The notes beneath the pieces were generated by a model. The model ran no database searches. It saw only the letters and a program-made list of their open reading frames with translations, and was not told where the DNA came from. Shown piece by piece: positions 49,415 through 58,594 of a stretch of 64,000 bases of DNA. Position 1 is the first letter of the stretch; every line of letters begins with the position of its first letter. Source of the stretch: Bacteroidales bacterium (GTDB lineage: Bacteria; Bacteroidota; Bacteroidia; Bacteroidales; CAIWKO01); the NCBI GenBank assembly GCA_035389045.1, contig DAOORA010000012.1, positions 1-64,000 on the forward strand, in the 5' to 3' direction. A program made the translations under genes and the position numbers.

Positions 49415-49577
49415 ATTGCCGGTAATTATCTGCCGTGCAGTGTGGTTGCAAATCCACGAATCTCAGCGCTGAGCAGGTAAGATGCCCAAAAGCACGAAAT
49501 TGTGCCACGTCTTCCGGAATCTCAAATTTTTATTTTTCGGGTATCAATCCATGCTTACGCAGCAGGCAGTTGAGTTA
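49415..49577 (-). repeat. Imperfect long inverted repeat, attC-like
   Basis: Minus-strand ACTCAAC overlaps the stop of the upstream gene; ~27-nt imperfect arms; far end ATTACCGGCAAT. Confidence 0.4.
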
Positions 49578-50159
49578 TTCATTTAGTATCTTATGATATG
49601 CAATAAAAATAGTACAATTCAGGTCTGTACAGCTAAAGTCATGCAAATCAATTGTTAAAAACGGAACCTTATCAGTCCTTTTTCTAAAAAAACCACAGCC
49701 ATAACCAACCTCGCCAGGATCAGTATATATTTTATAGTTTTGGCTTTTGGATGTTATGGACTTTAAGTTTTTAACAAAATGCTCATATTGGCTGCTACAT
49801 TCAAATTGCAATGAATCTCCATAGAATATGGATACAACAATGGTTTGGCTGTGTTCAACGGTTACATTTTTGAAAGTCCAACCAGGTGAATAATAATACT
49901 GCATATTAGAGGACAAAGGTTTATAATTCAAATATTCATCCAAATTGATCGTTTTGTAATAATCAATTCTTGATGAATCATAAATATTCTTTTTAGATAT
50001 GAATTCCGGATTATTTTTAAGATAATCATTGATTACACTATCATTTGCTTCTAAAGGAAAGCCCAGATAAAGCCCTTCCAAAAACTTTTTAACTGCATCT
50101 GTTTTCTGTCCGAATGAAATCATTGGGATAAATAAAAGAACAAATAATACTTTTTGCAT
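49575..50159 (-). CDS. Hypothetical secreted protein
   Basis: Start at ATG 50159 gives MQKVLFVLLFIPMISFGQ signal peptide; AT-rich; no recognisable domain. Confidence 0.7.
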   Translation of the reverse strand: MQKVLFVLLFIPMISFGQKTDAVKKFLEGLYLGFPLEANDSVINDYLKNNPEFISKKNIYDSSRIDYYKTINLDEYLNYKPLSSNMQYYYSPGWTFKNVTVEHSQTIVVSIFYGDSLQFECSSQYEHFVKNLKSITSKSQNYKIYTDPGEVGYGCGFFRKRTDKVPFLTIDLHDFSCTDLNCTIFIAYHKILNE

Positions 50160-50354
50160 AAAGATTTTTACATTTGCCATCATCGGTTCATTACAGACTA
50201 TCCCCTCCCCCGCCCCTCCACAAGCAGAAGATAAGTAAATCATCTGGATTTTTCCTTCAAAAATATTACTTATTAATGATTTAAACTAAAAAAAAACACT
50301 GTTGTCCGGTAAAAATATTTTAAATATGCTGAATAGCTTTATTTTCACAACATT

Positions 50355-50550
50355 TACAACATATCGCCACCTACCTGCCCAATCCGCCAACCGGCGGATT
50401 ATTCAGGCGGGCGGGGCTTTGTTTTTCATTGTAATGTTTTTTCTACCAATATGCCGCCTCTAACGAGGCTAAAATAGTTCCAACGGTCTATAATATTATC
50501 ATAATGAATAATTTACCAATTTATGAAAGCGTCGCAGGTACGAAATATTA
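50355..50550. repeat. Degenerate REP-like cluster with nested short palindromes
   Basis: AATCCGCC-AACC-GGCGGATT (50381-50400) inside CTGCCC...CAGGCGGGC; related AATATGCCGCCTCTAACGAGGCT and GTCGCAGGTACGAAATATT units. Confidence 0.5.
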
Positions 50551-50633
50551 GATATTTAAAAAAATTAACCGGACAATAATGAAAAAAAATGTTATATTTT
50601 GGTTCCGTTCAGAAAATAAACAAACACAATTGC

Positions 50634-51836
50634 TTAGCCATCGCTTTTATTTATGAATTTTTCTTCAATATATTGCACCGTTAGTTTAACACCATTACTA
50701 TTTTCCAGTTTTCGTGCAAGTTCTCCCGCATTTTTCAGGTAATTATCATTGGAAACACATGCAGTGATAGCAGAAGAAATAGCTTCAGCAGATATTTTCT
50801 TAAAATCACAGGTATCGGGCCCTAATCCCAATCGGAAAATTTGTTTCCGGTTATCGAACTGATCGCCCATAAACGGGAATGCAGCCTGTGGTATACCGGC
50901 TCTTGCTAATGCAGCCAACGTGCCGGTTCCACCATGATATATTGCTGCTGCCAACCTGGGGAATAATAAATCAAAGGATAATTCCTCTACATATAATATA
51001 TCTTTTACATTTTCTCCGGTAAACCCAGCCCATCCTTTTGAAATTATCAGCCGCTGGCCGGTGGCATCGCGAATTTGCCTGAACCAGGTTTCATATTTTT
51101 CAACCTTAGTAATCGGGTTACTACCGAATCCTATATAAACCGGTGGTTTCCCTGAATTCAGAAAATCTTCAACACTCCGGGGCAACTCCGTTTTTGACGG
51201 AAGCAGCATAAAGCCGGTCTGGGTAAAAGCAAATGCGGAATTTTCACGTGCCGCGTTAATTTCTTTGTCACAAGCCAGAACAACATCATCGCCCAGCCAA
51301 TGTTCCCAAATATCTTTTACCGGTGGAAGGCCGTATTTTGTCCGTGCTTTATTCATATAACCTCTCATCATCAGATTCATCATCCTTCTTCCAAAGCCAA
51401 ACATTATCCGGTTTTTTAACGGGTCGTCTTTAGTAGTACCCAGAATAACAGGATAGAAAGCTACAAAACGGTATGGAACATTTAAAATATCAGCAGCCGT
51501 ATGCACTCCAACTACTATGCCCGCGCCCAATATAAGGTCTGCACCTTTAATTAAACCGGGTAAACGGTTGATCTGATCCAGGATAAATATTTTTCCCTGA
51601 CCTGGTGAAATTTTTACTGCAACCCCACCCTTTTGTTTTTCTGGATTTTCTTTGATTGATTTTTTAATTTCGGGGCCAAATGGTATGAATGGACAATTAT
51701 ACATCCGGGCCAGTTTTTCATGTTCGGACGGAGCGCAAATAATAATTTCATGCCCATTTGCCATCAAGCCTGTTGCTAATGCAATCATAGGCTGAACGTC
51801 GCCTCTTGTTCCAAGTATAACACATGCAATTATCAT
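50634..51836 (-). CDS. GT-B glycosyltransferase (GT1; Glyco_transf_28 N-terminal type)
   Basis: GTRGDVQPMIALA.GL...GHE, PVYIGFGS, LFPR.AAAIYHGGTGT, AGIPQ, DQF. Confidence 0.9.
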   Translation of the reverse strand: MIIACVILGTRGDVQPMIALATGLMANGHEIIICAPSEHEKLARMYNCPFIPFGPEIKKSIKENPEKQKGGVAVKISPGQGKIFILDQINRLPGLIKGADLILGAGIVVGVHTAADILNVPYRFVAFYPVILGTTKDDPLKNRIMFGFGRRMMNLMMRGYMNKARTKYGLPPVKDIWEHWLGDDVVLACDKEINAARENSAFAFTQTGFMLLPSKTELPRSVEDFLNSGKPPVYIGFGSNPITKVEKYETWFRQIRDATGQRLIISKGWAGFTGENVKDILYVEELSFDLLFPRLAAAIYHGGTGTLAALARAGIPQAAFPFMGDQFDNRKQIFRLGLGPDTCDFKKISAEAISSAITACVSNDNYLKNAGELARKLENSNGVKLTVQYIEEKFINKSDG

Positions 51837-52335
51837 ATATTTCTTGTTTATGGTTTTACTCTATTGGTTAGAAATCGGATGCCAAAGGTGTACGGAATTG
51901 TAAGTCAGCTCCCAATCTTCCGGTATAAAAATCAGTGGCTACTACGCATGGATTCCTTCTGAAACAATTATGTCATATGAACTTTGATCAAGCGCCTCCT
52001 CCTCAGGCGATGGAGTATTCATTTCTAAGCATTGATTTCCAAAAATAGGAATTTTTCAGGACAAATGCAATAAAAAGTGTTACTTTTTCCGGGCTTTTCT
52101 TACCGCCACGGCTGAGGGGTTTACGGTTGTCATAATGTGTGCGATCAAAAGTGTTGTTTTTTTAAAATCTATAATGAATGATAAGCCAGCATTAAAATAC
52201 TAGTTACCGTTACCTGATCGGAATGGAGGATTGGGCTGTATTGAAGATCAACGTTTTAATATTAATAAAAATCAAAACAGCCATTCATATTCTGAATTTT
52301 TATGAAAACACAACGTTCTCCTCACCCTAATACTG

Positions 52336-52343
52336 TATCTTTG
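52336..52343 (+). promoter_or_regulatory. Bacteroidota -7 promoter box for mtaB
   Basis: TATCTTTG(CA) 11 nt before ATG 52355. Confidence 0.65.
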
Positions 52344-52354
52344 CACCCTTGTTT

Positions 52355-53620
52355 ATGAAAACAGTGGCTTTCCATACTCTGGGCTGCAAGCTCAATTTTG
52401 CCGAATCGTCAACCATCATTCGCCGGTTCGTCCGGAACGGATATCGTCTGATTGGATTTAAAGAAAAAGCCGATGTTTATGTGATACATTCCTGTATGGT
52501 GACACAACAGGCTGAACGTAAATGTATTTATGCCCTCCGCCAGGCCAGGGTCCGCAACCCCGAAGCACGCATAGCCGTGATAGGCTGCATGACGGAACTT
52601 AATGCCGAACGCCTGCGGAAAGAAGATACCGAACTTGTGCTGCTCGGAAACAACAACAAATTTGAGTTGCCCGACCTTCTGTATACAGCGCCAGCCGAAA
52701 ACACTGATAAGCCCGTAAGATTTGTTCCTTCCTGGTCGACCGAAGGACGGACAAGGACATTTTTCAAGATACAAGACGGCTGCGATTATTTCTGCGGGTA
52801 TTGCACTATACCTCTTGCACGTGGACGCAGCAGAAGCGCCACCATAGCACAGACCCTGGCCTCCATCACAGAAGCAACGAAAAAGGGTTGCAGCGAACTG
52901 GTTCTTTCCGGTATTAATATCGGAGATTTTGGAAAAAACAATGACGAATCGCTGTATGGACTGCTCCTGCAAATCAAAGATAATACAAACGTCAGTCGAA
53001 TACGCCTTTCCTCCATTGAGCCCGACCTTGCGTCCGATCTCATCATAGACCTTTTTGCTGCTCATCCCTGTTTCATGCCACATTTCCATATTCCGCTACA
53101 ATCAGGCTCCGACGCTGTACTAAAAATGATGGGACGCAAATACGACACTGCCCTGTTTGCCGAAAAGGCCAGAAAGATCAAAAGTCTTATGCCTCATGCC
53201 TGTATAGCCACAGATCTGATAACGGGCTATCCGGGAGAAACAGAAACCGATCACCGGAACACCATCCGGTTTATTGAAAAAACGGACATCTCGTACATGC
53301 ACGTTTTTACTTTTTCGGAACGAAAAAATACGCGTGCCATAAAAATGGAGCAGCAGGTACCGGTAAAAATCAGAAAACAACGGAGTCTCGAACTGCATGA
53401 GCTGTCGGAACAAAAAAAACAATTCTTTTATTCGCAGCATGTAGGCAGAGAATGTGAAGCCCTTTTTGAATCAGAAATTACATACAGCAGTCTTTTGGGA
53501 TATACTGATAACTATATCCGTGTAAAAATCCCTGCCGGTCGTGAGCTGGCCAATTCGATTCAGAAAATCATCATAACCGGCATGGATACCGATGGTTTCT
53601 GCACCGCCAAACTCATTTAG
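52355..53620 (+). CDS. mtaB: tRNA t6A37 methylthiotransferase
   Basis: AFHTLGCKLNFAES, KIQDGCDYFCGYC.IP.ARG.SRS, RLSSIEP, HFHIPLQSGS, GYTDNYIRV. Confidence 0.92.
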   Translation: MKTVAFHTLGCKLNFAESSTIIRRFVRNGYRLIGFKEKADVYVIHSCMVTQQAERKCIYALRQARVRNPEARIAVIGCMTELNAERLRKEDTELVLLGNNNKFELPDLLYTAPAENTDKPVRFVPSWSTEGRTRTFFKIQDGCDYFCGYCTIPLARGRSRSATIAQTLASITEATKKGCSELVLSGINIGDFGKNNDESLYGLLLQIKDNTNVSRIRLSSIEPDLASDLIIDLFAAHPCFMPHFHIPLQSGSDAVLKMMGRKYDTALFAEKARKIKSLMPHACIATDLITGYPGETETDHRNTIRFIEKTDISYMHVFTFSERKNTRAIKMEQQVPVKIRKQRSLELHELSEQKKQFFYSQHVGRECEALFESEITYSSLLGYTDNYIRVKIPAGRELANSIQKIIITGMDTDGFCTAKLI

Positions 53621-53669
53621 CACATTATTTAATCTGAAACCGTAAACCCAATTAAAATCACAAGACATT

Positions 53670-54842
53670 ATGTTTCCTCAATTAAGCGACCTCATCAATT
53701 ATTTTTTTGGAACTCATATCAACATTCCGGTCCAGAGCTATGGAACCATGGTAGCTTTAGCCTTTATAAGCGGGATTTATGTCATTAAAGCCGAACTGAA
53801 AAGAAAAGAAAAAGAAGGATTGCTGGACGTCATCATACAGAAAGAACTCAAAGGTGCGAAAGCCGGAGCTTTTGAACTGATCCTCATGGCCTTGATCGGG
53901 TTCATTATCGGATACAAATTCATAGGCATCATCATTGATTACAAAGAATTTGCTGACAATTCACAGGATTATATCTTTTCGCTGAAGGGCAATATCATTG
54001 GCGGAATAGTTCTGGCAGCCGTTATGGTCATTCAGAAATATTACCAGAAAAATAAGAAAAAACTCGACAAGCCGGTATGGGAAAACATTGAAATCCATCC
54101 TTACCAGCTTTCTGCAAATATTCTGATCATCTCAGCCATCTCAGGATTACTTGGTGCAAAGATTTTCCATCATTTTGAAAACTTCCGCGATTTTCTCGCT
54201 GACCCTGCCGGACAGTTCTTCTCATTCATGGGACTTACATTTTACGGTGGGCTTATTGTCGGGAGTCTCACCGTGATATGGTATATCAGAAAAAATAAGA
54301 TGCCTGTCCCTGTTTTTCTCGACGCCACTGCACCGGCTATCATACTTGCATACGGCATTGGCCGGATAGGATGTATGCTTTCGGGCGATGGTTGCTGGGG
54401 CATAGAGAACCTTGATCCCAAACCTGAATGGCTGGGTTTCCTGCCCGATTGGATGTGGTCGTTCAGATTTCCGCATAATGTCATTAATGAAGGTATTGCA
54501 ATTGATCACTGCGCGGGAAAATATTGCACTATACTCGAAAATCCAGTATTTCCAACCGCCTTTTACGACACGATATTATGTACTTTCTTCTTTTTTATAC
54601 TGTGGACTGTCCGAAAAAAAATCCGTCTGCACGGTGCGTTGTTTGCCATAATGCTTTTCATGATAGGATTACAACGTTTTTTTATGGAAAAAATTCGTGT
54701 CAACAACAAATTTTCACTTTTTGGAATGCAGGTCACACAGGCAGAAATCATTTCTGTTTTTTTGATAATCCTTAGTATCATCACGTTCTGGTTTTTCTAT
54801 AAAAATTATCAAAAAAATCAAAAAAAAACTTTTGATAATTAA
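53670..54842 (+). CDS. lgt: Prolipoprotein diacylglyceryl transferase family protein (long Bacteroidota form)
   Basis: SYG.MVALAF, GAKIFH, GLTFYGGLI, YGIGRIGC.LSGDG.WG, RF.ME.IRVN. Confidence 0.85.
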   Translation: MFPQLSDLINYFFGTHINIPVQSYGTMVALAFISGIYVIKAELKRKEKEGLLDVIIQKELKGAKAGAFELILMALIGFIIGYKFIGIIIDYKEFADNSQDYIFSLKGNIIGGIVLAAVMVIQKYYQKNKKKLDKPVWENIEIHPYQLSANILIISAISGLLGAKIFHHFENFRDFLADPAGQFFSFMGLTFYGGLIVGSLTVIWYIRKNKMPVPVFLDATAPAIILAYGIGRIGCMLSGDGCWGIENLDPKPEWLGFLPDWMWSFRFPHNVINEGIAIDHCAGKYCTILENPVFPTAFYDTILCTFFFFILWTVRKKIRLHGALFAIMLFMIGLQRFFMEKIRVNNKFSLFGMQVTQAEIISVFLIILSIITFWFFYKNYQKNQKKTFDN

Positions 54843-54957
54843 AAAAAAATCTGGTTATTTGTAGCCCTTTTTGCGTGATACCGACCCGCTTGAAAGTATT
54901 ATCAAACAAGGATTTCATACAAAATAAAAAAAATAACACACCTGTAAAAACAAAACA

Positions 54958-55734
54958 ATGACAAAAAGGATACTCATCGTTTTAGTCATGGTGGGTTCGG
55001 GAATTTTTCTCACCTCCTGTGCCACCCGTTTTTATTTACAGGAAGATAAAACACAAGGTACCGTCATCAAAGTTGACACAGTTAATGTTCCTGAATCCGA
55101 CAGCGCCATTCTGAAATTCATTGAGCCGTATAAGAAACAACTCGATGCGCAAATGGATGAAGTGCTGGCCTATTCGGATATGGCTATGAAAAAAAGTTTG
55201 CCTGAAGGATTACTCAATAATTTTGTTTCTGACCTGGTTTTAAAAATGGGAAATGTATACCTGAAGAAACTTAATAAAGACACCGCATCGGTCTGTATAT
55301 TAAATTCCGGCGGACTGCGCAGCGACCTTCCGATGGGCAGTATCACAGTACGGAATGTTTTCGAACTTATGCCGTTCGAAAACGAGATGGTTGCCGTAAC
55401 CATTGACGGAAAAAATACCAAAAAAATGTTCGACTTCATCGCAAAAAAAGGTGGCGTACCTTTGTCTGGAGCGGTTATGAGCATCAACGCCGATACAGCT
55501 GCTTTTGTTAGCGTTGGTAAACAATCTTTGAATAACAATAAGAATTATACCATCATCACTTCCGATTATCTTGCCCTCGGAGGCGATGACATGACCTTTT
55601 TTTCTGCCCCGGTGTCGTACATTCCTTTGGAAATAAAAATCAGGGATGCAATCATTGAATATCTGAAAACTGAAACATCAAAAAAGAAAACCATCACCAC
55701 ACAACTCGACAAACGGATATATTATGAAAAGTAA
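54958..55734 (+). CDS. 5'-nucleotidase C-terminal domain lipoprotein
   Basis: LTSC lipobox; LNSGGLR, ELMPFEN, TSDYLALGGD. Confidence 0.88.
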   Translation: MTKRILIVLVMVGSGIFLTSCATRFYLQEDKTQGTVIKVDTVNVPESDSAILKFIEPYKKQLDAQMDEVLAYSDMAMKKSLPEGLLNNFVSDLVLKMGNVYLKKLNKDTASVCILNSGGLRSDLPMGSITVRNVFELMPFENEMVAVTIDGKNTKKMFDFIAKKGGVPLSGAVMSINADTAAFVSVGKQSLNNNKNYTIITSDYLALGGDDMTFFSAPVSYIPLEIKIRDAIIEYLKTETSKKKTITTQLDKRIYYEK

Positions 55735-56623
55735 AAGGCCGCTTCACAGTTTAGTATTGACGTTTCTCATGATTTGCTGCCTTGCTCCTGCAAGTCTGCA
55801 TGCCGGGAAAACGGTGAAGATCACCATACTTTTTACCAATGACAGCCACAGCCGTATTGAATCCTATCCGGAAAATGACACCAAATTCCCTACACTCGGC
55901 GGTTATGCACGCAGGGCTGCGCTAATAAAAAAAATACGACAGCAGGAACCCAACGTGATGCTTTTTGATGCCGGTGATGTCTTTCAGGGTACGCCTTACT
56001 TCAATTTTTTCGGCGGTGAACTTGAATTCAAACTCATGAGCATGATGGGATATACCGCAATGACCATCGGTAATCATGATTTTGACGCAGGCCTCGATGG
56101 TTTGTTGAAACAACTGCCCAATGCCACCTTCGATATTATCTCATCCAATTATGATTTTTCCGAAACCGTTTTAAAAGACAAAATACACCCATATAAAATA
56201 TATAATGTTGCAGGGGTACGCGTTGGTGTTTTTGGCCTCGGCATTGGCCTGCAAGGGCTTGTGAGCGCTATTAATTACGGGAAAACAAAATATATCAATC
56301 CCGCAGAAAAAGCCGCCGAAATGGCGTATATGCTTAAAAAGGAAAAAAAATGCGACCTCATTATCTGCCTCTCACATCTTGGTTTTTCATACGAAGACAA
56401 CCAGGTAAGTGATGTGGTTATCGCAAAACAATCCAAAAATATAGACATCATCATTGGCGGCCATTCCCATACTTTTATTGACAAACCCTACGTCTTTAGA
56501 AATTCGGACAATAAAAATGTGGTGATCGGACAGGTAGGGACAGGAGGCGTTAAATTAGGAAGAATTGACGTGTATTTTTCAAGTCTTAAAGGAGTTAAAA
56601 CAGTTAAACTAAGTTCATTGTAA
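55724..56623 (+). CDS. Metallophosphoesterase (5'-nucleotidase N-terminal domain)
   Basis: TNDSHS, DAGD.FQG, GNHDFD, LSHLG, GGHSH. Confidence 0.9.
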   Translation: MKSKRPLHSLVLTFLMICCLAPASLHAGKTVKITILFTNDSHSRIESYPENDTKFPTLGGYARRAALIKKIRQQEPNVMLFDAGDVFQGTPYFNFFGGELEFKLMSMMGYTAMTIGNHDFDAGLDGLLKQLPNATFDIISSNYDFSETVLKDKIHPYKIYNVAGVRVGVFGLGIGLQGLVSAINYGKTKYINPAEKAAEMAYMLKKEKKCDLIICLSHLGFSYEDNQVSDVVIAKQSKNIDIIIGGHSHTFIDKPYVFRNSDNKNVVIGQVGTGGVKLGRIDVYFSSLKGVKTVKLSSL

Positions 56624-56805
56624 ATTTTAAAAAAAAAAACGAAAAAAAACTTTTTTTCTATTGTTTTTTTTTTAATATTTGTAGAGTTGTTCAGGAATTT
56701 TTTTAGAACCTCACATTTTATGTTAGTTCTTTATAAAAGAACAGATTGGAAAAATTATTGTAAAAATTTTATTGTAAAAATTTGTAGAAATTGAAGGAGA
56801 TAAGG

Positions 56806-58242
56806 ATGAAAAAAAACCATGTTGATGTTTGGAACAACTGTTTGGAAATTATCCGTGATAATATTCCATATCAGAGTTTCAAAACCTGGTTTGAGCCGAT
56901 ATTACCCATAAAACTCAATGAATCAGTACTTACTATACAGGTGCCCAGCCAGTTTTTCTTTGAGTGGCTCGAGGAACATTATATTGATTTATTGAAAAAG
57001 ACCATCACAAAAGAACTTGGTTCTGACGGACAATTAGAATATAGCATTGTGATGGAAAACAGTTATGGTAATTCATCGCCTGTGACAGTTAAAACGCCCG
57101 GCGTCAACAGGAAGTCTATCAAAAACCCTGTGGTTTCAATGCCTATTGACATCAACAACGGTAAATCAAAAGACATTCCCAACCCATTTATTATACCGGG
57201 TCTGAAAAAAATTCAGATACCCTCTCAATTGAACGAAAACTATTCTTTTGAAAATTTTATTGAAGGCGACTGCAACCGCCTGGCACGTTCTGCCGGATAC
57301 GCCGTAGCCAACAATCCCGGAAAAACCGCTTTCAATCCGTTGCTGCTGTACTGCAATTCGGGTTTAGGAAAAACGCACCTTTGCCATGCCATAGGCCTTC
57401 AGATAAAACAAAACTTTCCCGACAAAATCGTGCTGTACGTTCAATGCGAACAATTCATCACACAATATATTGATGCTGTAAGAACCGGCAATCAGAACGA
57501 TTTTATGCACTTCTATCAGATGATAGACGTGCTGATCATGGATGACATCGAGTTTCTGGCAGCCAAAGAAGCAACACAAAATGTTTTTTTCCACATCTTT
57601 AACCATCTGCATCAGCAGGGAAGCCAAATCGTGATCACTTCAGACAAAGCCCCCATAGATCTCAAAGGCATTGAACCACGACTGCTCTCCCGTTTTAAAT
57701 GGGGATTGGCCGCCGACCTGCAGGTTCCAGACCTGGAAACACGTATTGCCATCATTCAAAAAAAATTATACAACAACGGTATCGAAATGCCTAACGAAGT
57801 GGTGGAATACCTTGCCTACAGCATCACCACCAATGTCCGTGAACTGGAAGGCGCCCTGGTATCCCTCCTGGCACAATCATCGCTGAACAAAAAAGCTATC
57901 ACACTCGACCTCGCAAAACAGATCATTGATAAATTCATCCGTAATAATTCACGCGAAATATCCATCGACTATATCCAGAAAATCGTTTGTGATTATTTCG
58001 GGATAAACATCGAAATGCTCAACTCCAAGACACGCAAACGCGAAATTGTCCAGGCACGGCAACTCTCGATGTTTTTCGCAAAAAAACTCACCAAAGCATC
58101 GCTGGCATCCATAGGTATGCACTGTGGTAAAAAAGATCATGCCACCGTGCTCCATGCCTGCCGTACTGTCAATAACCTTATCGAAACCGATAAACAGTTT
58201 AAACTGTATGTTGACGACCTGGAGAAGAAGATAAAACTCTGA
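56806..58242 (+). CDS. dnaA: Chromosomal replication initiator DnaA
   Basis: F.TWF.P, Y.FENF, FNPL, SGLGKTHL, RL.SRF.WGL, NVRELEGAL, R.REIVQARQ, DHATV.HA; start at ATG 56806. Confidence 0.97.
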   Translation: MKKNHVDVWNNCLEIIRDNIPYQSFKTWFEPILPIKLNESVLTIQVPSQFFFEWLEEHYIDLLKKTITKELGSDGQLEYSIVMENSYGNSSPVTVKTPGVNRKSIKNPVVSMPIDINNGKSKDIPNPFIIPGLKKIQIPSQLNENYSFENFIEGDCNRLARSAGYAVANNPGKTAFNPLLLYCNSGLGKTHLCHAIGLQIKQNFPDKIVLYVQCEQFITQYIDAVRTGNQNDFMHFYQMIDVLIMDDIEFLAAKEATQNVFFHIFNHLHQQGSQIVITSDKAPIDLKGIEPRLLSRFKWGLAADLQVPDLETRIAIIQKKLYNNGIEMPNEVVEYLAYSITTNVRELEGALVSLLAQSSLNKKAITLDLAKQIIDKFIRNNSREISIDYIQKIVCDYFGINIEMLNSKTRKREIVQARQLSMFFAKKLTKASLASIGMHCGKKDHATVLHACRTVNNLIETDKQFKLYVDDLEKKIKL

Positions 58243-58362
58243 CTATCATAGTTAAACCCAACACTATCAATCAGAAAGCCCTATAAAAACGGGAAGGTCA
58301 TAAAGATACAGCTCCCGTAAATGATAATGCAATGCGGATTATTCAGACATTGTCTAACTTAG

Positions 58363-58533
58363 GGGCACCTTTATAAACTTCAAATTTCATTGTTCGTCTT
58401 CGTTCTTCAAATCCTTGCGTTCGTAAGGTTCAGCACAGGCCTGTACACTCAGTACACTGCGGTTTTCAGAACTTCGTTTTCCTCGAACCAATTTGTTTTT
58501 AGACGCGCCCGATTAGTGATATTAGAGATGCCC
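58363..58533. mobile_element. MITE-like hairpin element, copy 2 (171 bp)
   Basis: Colinear with 45480-45626 plus 24 bp net extra; flanks TTAG / TTAA. Confidence 0.75.
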
Positions 58534-58594
58534 TTAATGAAGTAGTTTTTCGTAAAATGATCGATGAAGCACCTGTATTATATTCGACAGGCAT

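Noticed and set aside
54958..56623. Split 5'-nucleotidase (and split transketolase at 25641-27442) as frameshifted pseudogenes
   Set aside because: Both halves have their own starts and intact motifs; two-gene forms are well known.
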